Source of the DNA: Shigella phage ESh18 | DNA length: 64,000 nt | Sequence record: ON528728 | Direction: 5' to 3' (one strand) | Part shown: positions 51,313 to 61,710 of the stretch, one piece after another | Numbering within the stretch: the stretch's first letter is position 1 | How the letters are laid out: every line of letters starts with the position of its first letter | Translations under genes and position numbers: made by a program | The notes under the pieces: model-generated | The model's database searches: none | Seen by the model: only the letters and a program-made list of their open reading frames with translations | What the model was told of the DNA's origin: nothing

Positions 51313-51771
51313 TTAATATGCCTGCAAAACAAATTTAAAGTTATCAGCCAACATACGGTTCATTTCTTCAAGTGTTTGATACTCAGAATGATGATTACGA
51401 GTAAATGCCAAAGCTAACTGACCTTTACCAAATCCTGTCGTCAGAGGTTTCATCTTAGAAGCAGGCAGATAAAATACTGTGTATGGAACATTGTTATTTG
51501 CAATAGTACGCGCAAGCTGAGACCGACGCTGACGAATATGACTTAGAACCGCACTGAATCCTTGCTTAGAACGCTGATTACCTACATAAAATCGTGCGGA
51601 CACGCATGGATTACTAAATGGACGACCATCTAATTTACTCACTAAAAAGTAAAATCCAGGTTTAGATAAAATGTCTTTATGTGGAGTTCCCAAAAACCAC
51701 TCACCGCCCTTGATTGTACCAATAACAGTAGCGCCTGCATTATTCAGATCAGTAACAGTCATATATTTCAT
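51313..51771 (-). CDS. ndd: Ndd nucleoid disruption protein
   Basis: 152 aa from [13 protein letters not shown], recognised as T4 Ndd; track start 51819 is an extension. Confidence 0.85.
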
Positions 51772-51831
51772 ATTAATTTCCTCTAAATTATTTTCTACTC
51801 CAAGGCCGCATGAATACATACGGCCATTAAA

Positions 51832-52047
51832 TTAATCGTCGCAGTCGACGCTCAATTCCCAGAATTCTTCTACAGTATAAGTTTCAGTATCATTTTCAAT
51901 ACAGAAACGTTCATTACTGTTATTTGCTAAAGTAGCATTAACTGTCGGTTTCTCGCTAGTGCTCTTAAGAGGTGAAATACGAATTAACTGATCACCGTTA
52001 TCTAAACAGAAAATTTCACCAACTTTTACATCTTTAAAACTTTTCAT
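51832..52047 (-). CDS. hypothetical protein, 71 aa
   Basis: ORF track. Confidence 0.5.
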   Translation of the reverse strand: MKSFKDVKVGEIFCLDNGDQLIRISPLKSTSEKPTVNATLANNSNERFCIENDTETYTVEEFWELSVDCDD

Positions 52048-52162
52048 AATTCACCTCAAGGAGTATAAAATCCAAACGCAGTTGTTGACCATCCCATCCA
52101 ATATGGGAAATTTGCACCAATGTAAAACATAAGAATATAAAACCAAATGTTTAATAAATTCA

Positions 52163-52360
52163 TCATTTTACACCATTCCAAATTGTTTCAACTACGGATT
52201 TTAAACCATTTTGATGAATATCCATTCCGACTACCGCCATCAAATAGATTCCAACTACAACTGAACCTAAGGCAAAAATCAGCATGAAAATGAATAAAGC
52301 CGGAAAAATATTATCGAAAAACCATTCAATAAATGTAAAAGCACTGCGTTTACGCTTCAT
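52163..52360 (-). CDS. small membrane protein, 65 aa from ATG
   Basis: SD GAGGAAAAT before ATG 52360; hydrophobic core. Confidence 0.5.
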   Translation of the reverse strand: MKRKRSAFTFIEWFFDNIFPALFIFMLIFALGSVVVGIYLMAVVGMDIHQNGLKSVVETIWNGVK

Positions 52361-52367
52361 ATTTTCC

Positions 52368-52481
52368 TCACATAAATCCAAAGTAAACGTTTAATACATC
52401 AATCATTAAAACGATTGGGAATATACTCAAAACTACTAGTATTATAACTACATTCCATATAGCTTTAACAATCTTTTTCAT
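52368..52481 (-). CDS. small membrane peptide, 37 aa
   Basis: ATG 52481 after GGAGGAACA, downstream of the early promoter at 52510-52539. Confidence 0.45.
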   Translation of the reverse strand: MKKIVKAIWNVVIILVVLSIFPIVLMIDVLNVYFGFM

Positions 52482-52509
52482 TTTGTGTTCCTCCGTAGTT
52501 GATAGTTGT

Positions 52510-52539
52510 ATAGTACCGCAGAGGAACAGTCTTGTAAAC
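52510..52539 (-). promoter_or_regulatory. early promoter: -35 GTTTAC, 18-bp spacer, -10 TACTAT
   Basis: Minus strand GTTTACaagactgttcctctgcggTACTATACAACTATCAACTACGGAGGA. Confidence 0.6.
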
Positions 52540-52727
52540 AACTTTTTTAAAAATATTCGTAATAAATGTGAATACCAATCACCACTGCCGAAACCTGTGC
52601 AACCCACCACGCACAAGCAATAAGTACAGAATTCAAAATTTTCATAATAACCTCATCACAAAAGTAAATGTTAAACAAATTACTGGAATACTAATTAACC
52701 AAACAAAACACCACCACCACAATGAAC

Positions 52728-52991
52728 TCATAGTTCAATCTCAGCGATTTTCATTTCATTACTATTAATAGCCGCTTTAAGACTATCTGAAAGAATTACA
52801 CACCAGTGGTCATTCATATGACCATTAACTAAGCGTGTAATTTCTTCGGGAGTTGAAAAATAAGGCGTATCAGACTCCCAATGCGATAATCCCAAGCGAG
52901 TATAAATCATACCTTCATCATCGCTAGAATATTCAACTGACACAAACTCATCAGTTATTTTATGTTTAGCGTAATAAAATTTAAATTTCAT
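52728..52991 (-). CDS. hypothetical protein, 87 aa
   Basis: ORF track; SD GGAGGAG before ATG. Confidence 0.55.
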   Translation of the reverse strand: MKFKFYYAKHKITDEFVSVEYSSDDEGMIYTRLGLSHWESDTPYFSTPEEITRLVNGHMNDHWCVILSDSLKAAINSNEMKIAEIEL

Positions 52992-53018
52992 TTTTACTCC
53001 TCCGTAGCTGATAGTTGT

Positions 53019-53048
53019 ATAGTACCACAGTCCTTGTGGTATGTAAAC
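53019..53048 (-). promoter_or_regulatory. early promoter: -35 GTTTAC, 18-bp spacer, -10 TACTAT
   Basis: Minus strand GTTTACataccacaaggactgtggTACTATACAACTATCAGCTACGGAGGAG. Confidence 0.6.
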
Positions 53049-53066
53049 CGTTTTGTGAAAATTTTT

Positions 53067-53624
53067 TTAAATGGAAAGATACCATCCGTTGTAGTTGCTT
53101 TTTCTTACAACCTTACGAAGGTCTTCTCTATCACCGATGAACTTCGGAGTGTACTGGATGACACCTGGATGAATTTCTTTAGTGTTGAATATAATTATAC
53201 AGTCAGCGACCTGATGATTCAGAATAGGCCCTAGATTTATTCCAGAACCGTATGGATACTCTCCGCTGCATCCTGTTGTTACAGAAATCCAACGTGAGTC
53301 AGTTTGATGTGTCTTAACTTCTACACGAAGCCCGCAGTATCTTGGATGCGCCAATACATCCCATGCGTATGTATACGGGTCATTAACATCCTCTTGGCCT
53401 TTGTTAACATACCCGCTTAGCCAATCTGCTACAAAAAACTCTGCGTACACCGCGATACGACATCTTTCGATAACTTCTGCTTTATCCTGGTTCGGGTTTT
53501 GTTTTAAAGAGTATCTTGCTGTATCAGCAATTTTGACCTTCATTTCACTAGTCAAGTCACTGTTCGATAGGGTAAATGTCGGAATCTGAAATAGTCTCTG
53601 TAAACCCGGATTCGTTTTCTGCAT
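53067..53624 (-). CDS. denB: endonuclease IV
   Basis: 185 aa as in T4 DenB; synteny between ndd and rIIB. Confidence 0.75.
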   Translation of the reverse strand: MQKTNPGLQRLFQIPTFTLSNSDLTSEMKVKIADTARYSLKQNPNQDKAEVIERCRIAVYAEFFVADWLSGYVNKGQEDVNDPYTYAWDVLAHPRYCGLRVEVKTHQTDSRWISVTTGCSGEYPYGSGINLGPILNHQVADCIIIFNTKEIHPGVIQYTPKFIGDREDLRKVVRKSNYNGWYLSI

Positions 53625-53886
53625 TTAGACTTTCCTTTTTACCGCTGAGATAAGCGTTATATACTTTAAGAGTGCCGTAATAAATTCGGTCATTTTCATC
53701 TAAAGACTCACGATCAAGTTCATCGAGTTCCTTTTTATCCATGACTATAATATCATTGCAGTAAAGAAACCCAAGTTTTTCGTGACCAAACTCAAATTTA
53801 TTGCAGTACACAATATTAGCGTGATGGTTTCCGTGCAGTTTAATCTCTTTTATGTCGGAATCACCGATATTCATACAATAAATCAT
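53557..53886 (-). CDS. hypothetical protein, 109 aa
   Basis: ORF track; 3' end overlaps the denB ORF. Confidence 0.45.
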   Translation of the reverse strand: MIYCMNIGDSDIKEIKLHGNHHANIVYCNKFEFGHEKLGFLYCNDIIVMDKKELDELDRESLDENDRIYYGTLKVYNAYLSGKKESLNAENESGFTETISDSDIYPIEQ

Positions 53887-53906
53887 AATTTTTCCTTAAA
53901 ACAAAA

Positions 53907-53918
53907 GGGCCGAAGCCC
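53907..53918 (-). terminator. C(UUCG)G hairpin GGGC-UUCG-GCCC with flanking A/T tracts
   Basis: Follows the stop at 53925; U-rich on both sides. Confidence 0.5.
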
Positions 53919-53924
53919 CTTATT

Positions 53925-54119
53925 TTATTTGAATTGTGCAATTCTTTTCTCTAGACATTCAGCATAAGATTTCATTGAGATGAACTGTGAAAGTAGCAGT
54001 TCTTGCTCAACTGCACTAACTGTTAGAAACTTTGCGCTTTCTAAAAATTTACTCAGTGCATTAATTTTGAGCATTAATTGATCGTATTCTTCTTTTACTC
54101 GTGCTTGATAACCTAACAT
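53925..54119 (-). CDS. hypothetical protein, 64 aa
   Basis: ORF track. Confidence 0.5.
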   Translation of the reverse strand: MLGYQARVKEEYDQLMLKINALSKFLESAKFLTVSAVEQELLLSQFISMKSYAECLEKRIAQFK

Positions 54120-54134
54120 AAATTTCCTTTAGTC

Positions 54135-54150
54135 AAGGGCCGAAGCCCTT
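54135..54150 (-). other. C(UUCG)G hairpin AAGGGC-UUCG-GCCCUU overlapping the rIIB stop
   Basis: 6-bp stem with UUCG loop on the minus transcript. Confidence 0.5.
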
Positions 54151-55087
54151 ATTTAAATTGCTCAGTAACGTCTTCAACTACTTCGTATTGGCAAGTACGC
54201 ATTTTAGCATCGTTGTAATCAATCGGAATTGATACTACATCACGTGGATGTACTTTAACTTTTACAACTCGGCTAGTTGAACTACCAAAGTGACGAATAT
54301 AAGATTTAGAACACACATGCAGACCACGAGAACAAGTTTGTGTATCATCGTCATTCACACGAGTACGTGGCATTTTAACTACTTTACCAGGACTGTTATC
54401 AAAGGTGTTTGAGTGACAGTCAAAGTAATTGCTGCGAACTACTTTCCAAGCATAGAAGTAACCATCTTCTGTAATTTCAATATCGTTTGCTACCAAGAAA
54501 TCAAAGAGTCGAGATACCGCTTTTTGGCTTGGGTTTTCCAGCAGATTTTCCAAGAACGGGAAATAAAATTCAAAGTTTTCGCCTTTTTCCATCGAGTCAA
54601 GAATACGATCAACCAAACCAGACCGCAATTCGATATTTTGATAGAACAAGCTTCCACCTTCAATTCGAACATCGCCGGAAATATATTTTTCAACAGCACG
54701 GCGAACATTAATTTTTTGTGCAGCTTCTTCCAGCCTATCCGCTACAAGCAGATTAAGAATTTCCTGGAAGTTTGAATGAGTATTAGGAGTTGCGTTATAA
54801 GTTACACCGTCAACAGTAATTGAAATGAATTTTTTAGATGCATTCCAAATAATGTCAGATTTAGCAACTGGAGCAATAACTGCATCGCTATTAACTTTAA
54901 CTGTAATATCACCGCTAATAGTAACTTTAGAGCGTTTAGCTTCTTCAGCATTTTTCAAAACACGACGGATTGTGTCAACCGATACATCCTTCCAATAAGC
55001 TAATTCCTGTTGGGTATAATTACCACTTGAATACAGTTTAACAATTTCAGCTTGTTCGTTTTTGGTCAGGCATTTAATATTGTACAT
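54149..55087 (-). CDS. rIIB: rIIB
   Basis: 312 aa as in T4 rIIB; adjacent to rIIA. Confidence 0.9.
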   Translation of the reverse strand: MYNIKCLTKNEQAEIVKLYSSGNYTQQELAYWKDVSVDTIRRVLKNAEEAKRSKVTISGDITVKVNSDAVIAPVAKSDIIWNASKKFISITVDGVTYNATPNTHSNFQEILNLLVADRLEEAAQKINVRRAVEKYISGDVRIEGGSLFYQNIELRSGLVDRILDSMEKGENFEFYFPFLENLLENPSQKAVSRLFDFLVANDIEITEDGYFYAWKVVRSNYFDCHSNTFDNSPGKVVKMPRTRVNDDDTQTCSRGLHVCSKSYIRHFGSSTSRVVKVKVHPRDVVSIPIDYNDAKMRTCQYEVVEDVTEQFK

Positions 55088-55098
55088 AATTTTCCTTA

Positions 55099-57276
55099 TT
55101 AGGCCGCAAGGGCCTTCATAGTTTTAGCGATTTGGGAAACTTCATCATCACTTAAAGAGTTGCGATAACCGATGAAGTCGGAAACAATACGGAATTTCTT
55201 GGTAAACTCAGCAACCATTTTATCACTATTTTTTGAAGCATTACGTGATAATTCATCAAAAAGATTAGTTACCGTCCAGATGTCATGACCGATGGTATCT
55301 TTTCCACCATTAAAATATACACCGCGCAATGAACTAACTATATTAGCGAGTCGTGTATATTCTTCAGAAACTTCATCTGTACTGAAGTACTTCATCATAA
55401 AATCTAGTTCAGGATGCTTGATAATTTTATCAATATATCGTTGAGCTGAACTTGAATAACCTACATACTTATCATAATCTACATCATCAAAAGCATCTAC
55501 ATATAAATCACGCAAAGCTTCAAAAATACATTGGCACTGACCGAGCTCTTTTACCTTTTTCTGCAAAAGCGGACGAATAACATAAAATTCATTAATGCCA
55601 ATAAGATTAGCCATACGAATCAAAATATTCATAGATGGATGACAAAGAGATGTAGTACCATCCATAGAGAAAATATCAGAACGATGCATATACGCTACAT
55701 ACCCAGTAATTTCATCTGCTTCTGATGTGAGCGTAAATAATTCCTCTTTTTCCCAGCGCCCGTCTTTAATTTCAAACTTAAATGCAGTAGCAGCTTTAGG
55801 ACGAGGAGCTTTACTTTTAACTGCCTTCGGAATATAACTTTTAACTAAAGCTTCAATTTCTGACAAATAATGAATGTTAACTTCATCACTTTCAAACATT
55901 GCCATAATATCAGGGAGTAAATCAATCTGCGATTCTACTTCCGGATTAATAAACAGAAGACGCTCGTTGTGATGAATATTTAAAGTGTTATTAAATTCTT
56001 TATCATCTAACGCATGCGCTAATCCACGGACAATATTAACACGATTTTTAATATTATCAATAACGATATTAATTTTTGTTGTATTAATACCGAACAGACG
56101 ATAACTTGATGCAATGGCTGAAGTTTCATGACTTTGCTTAATGCGCTTCAGTCGAGGGTCAAGATTTACTTCATACACAACTCCTGCATTACATAGTTTA
56201 CTATCAGGTTCAAACATGCTTTGCATCTTCTTATATGACAGATTTTTAGTCGTAAATTTGACTGAATTACTAATCATATAATCTCGAGCAGAATATCCCA
56301 TCTTCATCAATTCGCGGTATGTATGACGAGGAGATGTAGATTCTTTAAATCGTTTTACATCTTCATTGAATGCCTTCTCACTAAGCTCTTTAACACGCTC
56401 AATAATATTTTTACGGGTACGATCATCTAGTGAAAGAGCTTCGCGTGATGGAGCAATATCAAGTGAACCCATTGGAAACTTAATGTAATTCACTTCATTG
56501 CGGATGCTTAACCAGTTACGGTCTCTAATAACACCATCAATAGGATAAACAATACCACCATAGATAGCATACAATCCACCACGATCTGGCCAATATCTTT
56601 CTGGATTTACGCCGTAATAGTCATCAAAATCCGGAAAATAATCAATTTCGCGGTCAAGACCATTAATGATAGCCAAATCTTTGAATGGTCGCATGATATA
56701 AGAAACTTCATAAGCAAAGTTTCTAAAGTCTTTTTCTTCAACTGGAACTACAATTTCAATACCAGTTTTATCGTCTGGACCCATTTCTTTTACGAATGTA
56801 GGTTTAATTTGCGGACCATCACCATCCATGTAAGCTACATAACCACGAATTTCGCCTTTATGATATGAAGTAATACTAAACGTATCAGTATAGCTAAACG
56901 GAGATTTAGAACCTAAACCAAATCCGCCAATGAAATCGTTAGATTCAGCCTTAGATGAACTAAAGTATGAATTATACAACCCAGGAGAATTATCATCACC
57001 TTGAATATCAAAATCGCTCATACCCGGACCAAAATCTCGGCAAACAAATCGCGGATCTAATCGTCCTGGAACTTGAATGATAAATTTTTCAGGATTTCCA
57101 TTGAGAGCATGGGCATCAATCATGTTGGTAATCAATTCACGGACTACTGCGCGAATCTTGTTTGTATACAAATCAGATGACAGAATTTTAAATACTTTAG
57201 GAGATGCTGTGATGCTAAATGCTTTTGATTTAGAACCATTACCAAGAATTGTTTCTTTTTCAGTGGTGATAATCAT
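55099..57276 (-). CDS. rIIA: rIIA
   Basis: 725 aa as in T4 rIIA; N-terminal GHKL-type ATPase-like motifs. Confidence 0.9.
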   Translation of the reverse strand: MIITTEKETILGNGSKSKAFSITASPKVFKILSSDLYTNKIRAVVRELITNMIDAHALNGNPEKFIIQVPGRLDPRFVCRDFGPGMSDFDIQGDDNSPGLYNSYFSSSKAESNDFIGGFGLGSKSPFSYTDTFSITSYHKGEIRGYVAYMDGDGPQIKPTFVKEMGPDDKTGIEIVVPVEEKDFRNFAYEVSYIMRPFKDLAIINGLDREIDYFPDFDDYYGVNPERYWPDRGGLYAIYGGIVYPIDGVIRDRNWLSIRNEVNYIKFPMGSLDIAPSREALSLDDRTRKNIIERVKELSEKAFNEDVKRFKESTSPRHTYRELMKMGYSARDYMISNSVKFTTKNLSYKKMQSMFEPDSKLCNAGVVYEVNLDPRLKRIKQSHETSAIASSYRLFGINTTKINIVIDNIKNRVNIVRGLAHALDDKEFNNTLNIHHNERLLFINPEVESQIDLLPDIMAMFESDEVNIHYLSEIEALVKSYIPKAVKSKAPRPKAATAFKFEIKDGRWEKEELFTLTSEADEITGYVAYMHRSDIFSMDGTTSLCHPSMNILIRMANLIGINEFYVIRPLLQKKVKELGQCQCIFEALRDLYVDAFDDVDYDKYVGYSSSAQRYIDKIIKHPELDFMMKYFSTDEVSEEYTRLANIVSSLRGVYFNGGKDTIGHDIWTVTNLFDELSRNASKNSDKMVAEFTKKFRIVSDFIGYRNSLSDDEVSQIAKTMKALAA

Positions 57277-57286
57277 AATTTCCTCA

Positions 57287-57490
57287 TTAATTCATATTAC
57301 GCTTAATAACTTCAGCAACTTCTAATAGTTCATCTTTAGTTGCACTGTCGGATTGAATTTTATCTCTAATATCTTTAAAGCGGTTTTTAAATTCTTCGGC
57401 TTCTCCCATATCGAAAAAGCGTTGAATGATTCTATATTCTCGATGAACTGCTTTATCAAAAAGTTCTAAATTTACTTTATATGATTTCAT
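57287..57490 (-). CDS. hypothetical protein, 67 aa
   Basis: ORF track; early promoter upstream. Confidence 0.55.
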   Translation of the reverse strand: MKSYKVNLELFDKAVHREYRIIQRFFDMGEAEEFKNRFKDIRDKIQSDSATKDELLEVAEVIKRNMN

Positions 57491-57515
57491 TTCAATATCC
57501 TCATTTGCCCAATTA

Positions 57516-57545
57516 ATTATACCACATCCTTGTGGTAAAGTAAAC
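57516..57545 (-). promoter_or_regulatory. early promoter: -35 GTTTAC, 18-bp spacer, -10 TATAAT
   Basis: Minus strand GTTTACtttaccacaaggatgtggTATAAT; overlaps the gene 39 stop codon. Confidence 0.6.
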
Positions 57546-59362
57546 TACTGGCTCATCCATTCTTTACGAAGATCAGCATTATCTCCCATGAGCATTTCAA
57601 AAAGCTCTTTCCAGTTCTCAGGAAGTTTAACAACATCATATACTGGGTTTTGAATCATCTCACGATATTCAGATTTTTCCAAAGAGCCAAGTCCCTTAAT
57701 ATAACGGATGCTATGTTTAGGTAGAGCATCTTTAGCACTCTCATATTCAGCGACTGTATAAAACCATTCTTGTTTTTTACCGACCTGAGCGATGATTACA
57801 GGAGTTTTGACAAAGCGAATTCTTCCTTGCTCAAACAATTCTGGCCAATTACTAAAAAATCCGAGCAGAGAAGGATAAATGCTTCCTAGACCATCATGGT
57901 CAGCATCAGTCATAATAGCGATATTATGATAATTCAAGTTTTCAGCTTTTTCACCGAGAACTAATCCAGTGATTGCGCAAATATCAAATAGTTCTTTGTT
58001 TTTAAGCATATCTGCATAAGACATACCCCAACTGTTGAGAACTTTACCACGTAATGGATAACCACCATGAAGTTCTTTATCACGAACATCAATGAGATAT
58101 CCAATAGCCGAATCACCTTCAGTCAAGAAAAGAGTAGTATCAGCATCTTTACCGCAAAGATTCGCTTTAATATGTTTATGAACCTTAGCTTTAGAAGCCT
58201 TTTTAGCTGCTTTAGTTTCTGCTGCTTTTTCTGCCGCCAATTTACGAGCCAAAGCAGCTTCAATAATTGGCATTAAAATTGCTTCATTGTTTAAAATAGC
58301 GCGTGAAATCTTTTTAGCATCAAGCTGAATATGACTACGAATTTCACCAAATGGAGAAGTCAAACGCTCTTTAGTCTGAGAATCAAATCGCATGTTTTTC
58401 ATATCACGAACAAACATGACGATAGTCAAACATTCTTTAACACGTGCTTTAGTTACATCAATTTTGAACTTGCGTTTGATTTGTGGAATAAGGTCTTCAC
58501 AAATATCATCCATAACACAGTCAATATGATGGCCACCATTCTTAGTATGAATGTTATTGACGTATGTTAATTGACGAAAACCATCCGGTGAACGACCAAC
58601 CGCAATAGAACAATTTTCTTGTTCTTGAACGATAGCATGCTCATCATATTGGCGTGCATATTTCTTAAAATTACCTTGAACCTTTTTACCATTAAATGTA
58701 AATTGAATATCAGGATAAACTACTGCAAGTGTCTGGAGACGATCCAATGTAATGTCAAGATAAACTTGAGATAGCTCATTAGTTTCAAATGACATAAAAT
58801 CAGGAATGAAAGTAACACGAGTTCCTTTCCATTTTCCAGGAATAGTTTCCCATGATTTATTTTCCATGCCATTTGAACAACGAACTACAATATTATTTTG
58901 ACCGTCGCCAGTTTCACCGACAAACATCACAGAAAAAATGTTAGTTAAACTAGAACCAACACCGTTCATACCGCCAGTGACGCGTTCTTTATCATCACCG
59001 AAATTACCACCTGCTTTTGGAATAGTCCAGGCGGCAACAGGACCAGGAATTTCTTCACCAGTAGGTGTTTTAACCATCGCTTGTGGAATACCACGACCGT
59101 TATCTTCAACAGTTACTTGATTGTTTTTGATAGTAACATTAATTTTATTTGCGAATTTAAACTTAGTACGAATACCTTCATCGACTGAGTTATCGATAAT
59201 TTCATCAATAAGCTTAACAAGACCAGGTACATACTGAACACTTTCCCATTTACCAAACAGAAAGCGCTCATGCATTTCATTAGCAGAAGAGCCAATGTAC
59301 ATGCCACTACGCTTTTTGATATGTTCAATATCGCTCAGAATTTTAATTTCATTCTTAATCAT
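57545..59362 (-). CDS. 39: gp39 DNA topoisomerase II large subunit (GyrB-like ATPase), single uninterrupted gene
   Basis: 605 aa from ATG 59362; GHKL ATPase motifs; equals T4 gp39 plus gp60 in one ORF. Confidence 0.9.
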   Translation of the reverse strand: MIKNEIKILSDIEHIKKRSGMYIGSSANEMHERFLFGKWESVQYVPGLVKLIDEIIDNSVDEGIRTKFKFANKINVTIKNNQVTVEDNGRGIPQAMVKTPTGEEIPGPVAAWTIPKAGGNFGDDKERVTGGMNGVGSSLTNIFSVMFVGETGDGQNNIVVRCSNGMENKSWETIPGKWKGTRVTFIPDFMSFETNELSQVYLDITLDRLQTLAVVYPDIQFTFNGKKVQGNFKKYARQYDEHAIVQEQENCSIAVGRSPDGFRQLTYVNNIHTKNGGHHIDCVMDDICEDLIPQIKRKFKIDVTKARVKECLTIVMFVRDMKNMRFDSQTKERLTSPFGEIRSHIQLDAKKISRAILNNEAILMPIIEAALARKLAAEKAAETKAAKKASKAKVHKHIKANLCGKDADTTLFLTEGDSAIGYLIDVRDKELHGGYPLRGKVLNSWGMSYADMLKNKELFDICAITGLVLGEKAENLNYHNIAIMTDADHDGLGSIYPSLLGFFSNWPELFEQGRIRFVKTPVIIAQVGKKQEWFYTVAEYESAKDALPKHSIRYIKGLGSLEKSEYREMIQNPVYDVVKLPENWKELFEMLMGDNADLRKEWMSQ

Positions 59363-59389
59363 CACTTATCCTCGTTTGGTTTCGGGAAT

Positions 59390-59414
59390 ATTATACTCCG
59401 GTAATCATAAAGCT
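59390..59414 (-). promoter_or_regulatory. putative middle-type promoter for gene 39: AGCTTTA box, 12-bp spacer, -10 TATAAT
   Basis: One mismatch to the MotA box TGCTTTA; TATAAT 27 nt upstream of ATG. Confidence 0.35.
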
Positions 59415-59432
59415 AAAGGCCCGAAGGCCTTT
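59415..59432 (-). other. C(UUCG)G hairpin AAAGGCC-UUCG-GGCCUUU (identical copy of 12997-13014)
   Basis: Same 18-mer after the lipoprotein ORF stop. Confidence 0.55.
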
Positions 59433-59701
59433 TATTTAAAACGAATAGTTGAATCCTTAAAGAACAACCCAGAACATACTGTTCCTTCTACTTTCTGCCC
59501 GGTAGGTCCAATAGCACGAAATCCAGTATGTTGGAAATCATTTTCAGAACAACCGAACCAGTTATATCCAGTGATTTCAATATTAGTAAAACCGCTTGAA
59601 GATAAAACTTTGGTTGCATTATCAGCATCAGTACATCCTACTAAAGACACTGTTAATACTAATGCTGCAATAGAACGATTAATATATTTCATAATTTTCA
59701 C
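59432..59701 (-). CDS. lipoprotein, 89 aa
   Basis: Signal peptide with lipobox LVGC. Confidence 0.6.
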   Translation of the reverse strand: MKIMKYINRSIAALVLTVSLVGCTDADNATKVLSSSGFTNIEITGYNWFGCSENDFQHTGFRAIGPTGQKVEGTVCSGLFFKDSTIRFK

Positions 59702-60069
59702 TTAAATTTAATGGCTTGAAGAAGACTAATAATTCTCAAGCGACTTCTTTCATCTTTAACTGTAAAAGAAAGAGGGTCACCAGATTTCATAGTAATAGTA
59801 CATTCAAAATCAAAATCTTCGGAAACTTCTTTGAAGAAGTCAAATTCTTCATCATAAATTAGAACATTACTCTGACAACTATGAAGAATTTTTCCATCAT
59901 TTCCAGATGCTGTACTAATCATTGTAACATTATGACCTTTCATATCTTCAATGATAAATTCACTAGTCAATATTACAGCATTAATAGAACTATTCCTATT
60001 ACTAGCAGAAAGTAGATATTTCTGTTCTTCACCTTCACGAATGCAATATTTCTTACCGATTTTAAACAT
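59698..60069 (-). CDS. hypothetical protein, 123 aa
   Basis: ORF track. Confidence 0.5.
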   Translation of the reverse strand: MFKIGKKYCIREGEEQKYLLSASNRNSSINAVILTSEFIIEDMKGHNVTMISTASGNDGKILHSCQSNVLIYDEEFDFFKEVSEDFDFECTITMKSGDPLSFTVKDERSRLRIISLLQAIKFK

Positions 60070-60250
60070 AATTATCCTTTAAGTAAGTCGTAAAATCCGC
60101 CATTCACATGCTTAGGAGCAGAAGGCCGACGAGTAGACAAACGATGACATTTAGGGCAAACATCATTTTCTCGTTCAGAAATCTTTTTAATTTTTTCATA
60201 TTCATGCCCGCAATCTTCGGATTGGCATTTATAATCATACATTGGCATAA

Positions 60251-60676
60251 TTATTCCTTAAAGTGTGCTTTCAGCATTTGATACAAGGACCATGCCTGTT
60301 CATTATTTTCAATAGTAACTTTCATGACAGGAAATTCTGTGAAATCTTCTATTTGTTCTTGCTCTTTCTCTTCCTGCTCTTGCTCTTCAGCTGCCTGATA
60401 TGGATTTTCCACTTCATCAAAGAACTCGGCTTCGTTAGTAGAGAGCCAGATAAAGTTTTCGTCAAGGATATCACCATGTGTTGCATATCCAATTGTGCCA
60501 GTAAATGACATAATTTTAGTAGGACGACCAAGATGGTCAACATCTAAAATTTTAAAAGGATGCATACCTAAACGGCGTGCATAGATTCCGTTATCAGTAT
60601 GATCTTTAATAAAATTTTCTTGAGCTTGTTTATTTTTAAATTGATACCATTTATTAACTTCAAATCTAATAGCCAT
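60251..60676 (-). CDS. hypothetical protein, 141 aa (goF-like position)
   Basis: ORF track; position after gene 39 as for T4 goF (recall). Confidence 0.5.
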   Translation of the reverse strand: MAIRFEVNKWYQFKNKQAQENFIKDHTDNGIYARRLGMHPFKILDVDHLGRPTKIMSFTGTIGYATHGDILDENFIWLSTNEAEFFDEVENPYQAAEEQEQEEKEQEQIEDFTEFPVMKVTIENNEQAWSLYQMLKAHFKE

Positions 60677-60891
60677 TAATAAATTTCCTTCCAGTAAGTT
60701 GTGCCATCTTCAGTAATTTCACGAAATACACCGTAAATTGGTTGTTTATCACCAACCTTTTCATACACATAAACCGAAGTCAAGTGAGTAAACTTAACGG
60801 TATGTTCCTTTTGAACCACTACCAAATCTGGATCAAATAATACATCTTCAAATTCGTCATTAGTGCAATTCTGAACAATTTTACGTTTCAT
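60676..60891 (-). CDS. hypothetical protein, 71 aa (cef-like position)
   Basis: ORF track; length matches T4 Cef (recall). Confidence 0.45.
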   Translation of the reverse strand: MKRKIVQNCTNDEFEDVLFDPDLVVVQKEHTVKFTHLTSVYVYEKVGDKQPIYGVFREITEDGTTYWKEIY

Positions 60892-60904
60892 TACAATTTC
60901 CTCA

Positions 60905-61174
60905 TTAATTAAACATTGGAGCGATACGTTTCAGAAGAGTAGCAGCACCTTTAGCGAATTTTACATCATGAAAAACAGTTTCTTCTTCTGTAACAACTCG
61001 AACTTTAATATTTTCACAATCCCAATTTTTACGAACAATCTTCAAAAGCTGCAGTAAATCTTTACATTCAGCAATATCGATAACACATCCACGAGAATCT
61101 TCCATTATCGCACGATAACCGTAAGCCATACCATAATCGTTAAAAGATTGCTCGATGATAATTAAGTTTTCCAT
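60905..61174 (-). CDS. hypothetical protein, 89 aa
   Basis: ATG 61174 after GGAGAATAAA; track start 61186 is TTG. Confidence 0.5.
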   Translation of the reverse strand: MENLIIIEQSFNDYGMAYGYRAIMEDSRGCVIDIAECKDLLQLLKIVRKNWDCENIKVRVVTEEETVFHDVKFAKGAATLLKRIAPMFN

Positions 61175-61200
61175 TTTATTCTCCAAGTTATTTTCTGTAT

Positions 61201-61239
61201 CAGTAGTTGATATTGATATAGTACCATAATCAACTACTG
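61201..61239. repeat. perfect 11-bp inverted repeat CAGTAGTTGAT / ATCAACTACTG with 17-bp spacer
   Basis: Arms match the conserved early-leader segment ATCAACTAC; spacer carries the TACTAT -10. Confidence 0.8.
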
Positions 61240-61281
61240 ATGTATATAGTTTTATGAAAAAATTTTAAACTTTATGCAAAT

Positions 61282-61701
61282 TTATGCTAAAGCTGCTTCG
61301 CACCATTTTTTAATTTGGAATTCAGGAACTACCATGAACTGGCCTGCAAAAACAATATTGTAGAGCTTGACACCATCTTCTACCCAACGGTCCGAAATAA
61401 AACCAGCGACTTGATTCGTTGTCCATGGAGTTCCATCTGTTGCCGCCGCAATTGTGAATTTATGGTCTTTTACAACTAAAACTGAAGAACAAAGTTTCCA
61501 TTTAAATGCGCTTTCTTCTGGCTCAATGAACTGACTTGAGACATAACCAATGTTACCATCAGCGTCACGAACTTTAACCTCGTTACGACCAAAAACTGGA
61601 TCACTTACAGAAAGAACTTCAACCAGCTTTCCTGCAACTTTAGAACGAGAAGCAACGGATACATATACGTAATCACCAGTAGAGAGATTTGCAATATTCA
61701 T
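61282..61701 (-). CDS. MotB-family paralog A, 139 aa
   Basis: Shares VASRSKVAGKLVEV, FKWKLC and GFISDRWVEDGVKLYNIVFAGQF with the adjacent 157-aa gene. Confidence 0.6.
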   Translation of the reverse strand: MNIANLSTGDYVYVSVASRSKVAGKLVEVLSVSDPVFGRNEVKVRDADGNIGYVSSQFIEPEESAFKWKLCSSVLVVKDHKFTIAAATDGTPWTTNQVAGFISDRWVEDGVKLYNIVFAGQFMVVPEFQIKKWCEAALA

Positions 61702-61710
61702 AATAATTCC

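Noticed and set aside
52368-52616. 82-aa ORF as given in the track
   Set aside because: The N-terminal extension covers the early promoter at 52510-52539; the real gene is more likely the 37-codon peptide from ATG 52481 with GGAGGA.
53557-53624. 68-nt overlap between the 109-aa ORF and denB
   Set aside because: One of the two start or stop assignments is probably wrong (denB may start at an internal Met); I cannot resolve it without alignment, so both are kept at ORF-track coordinates with lowered confidence.
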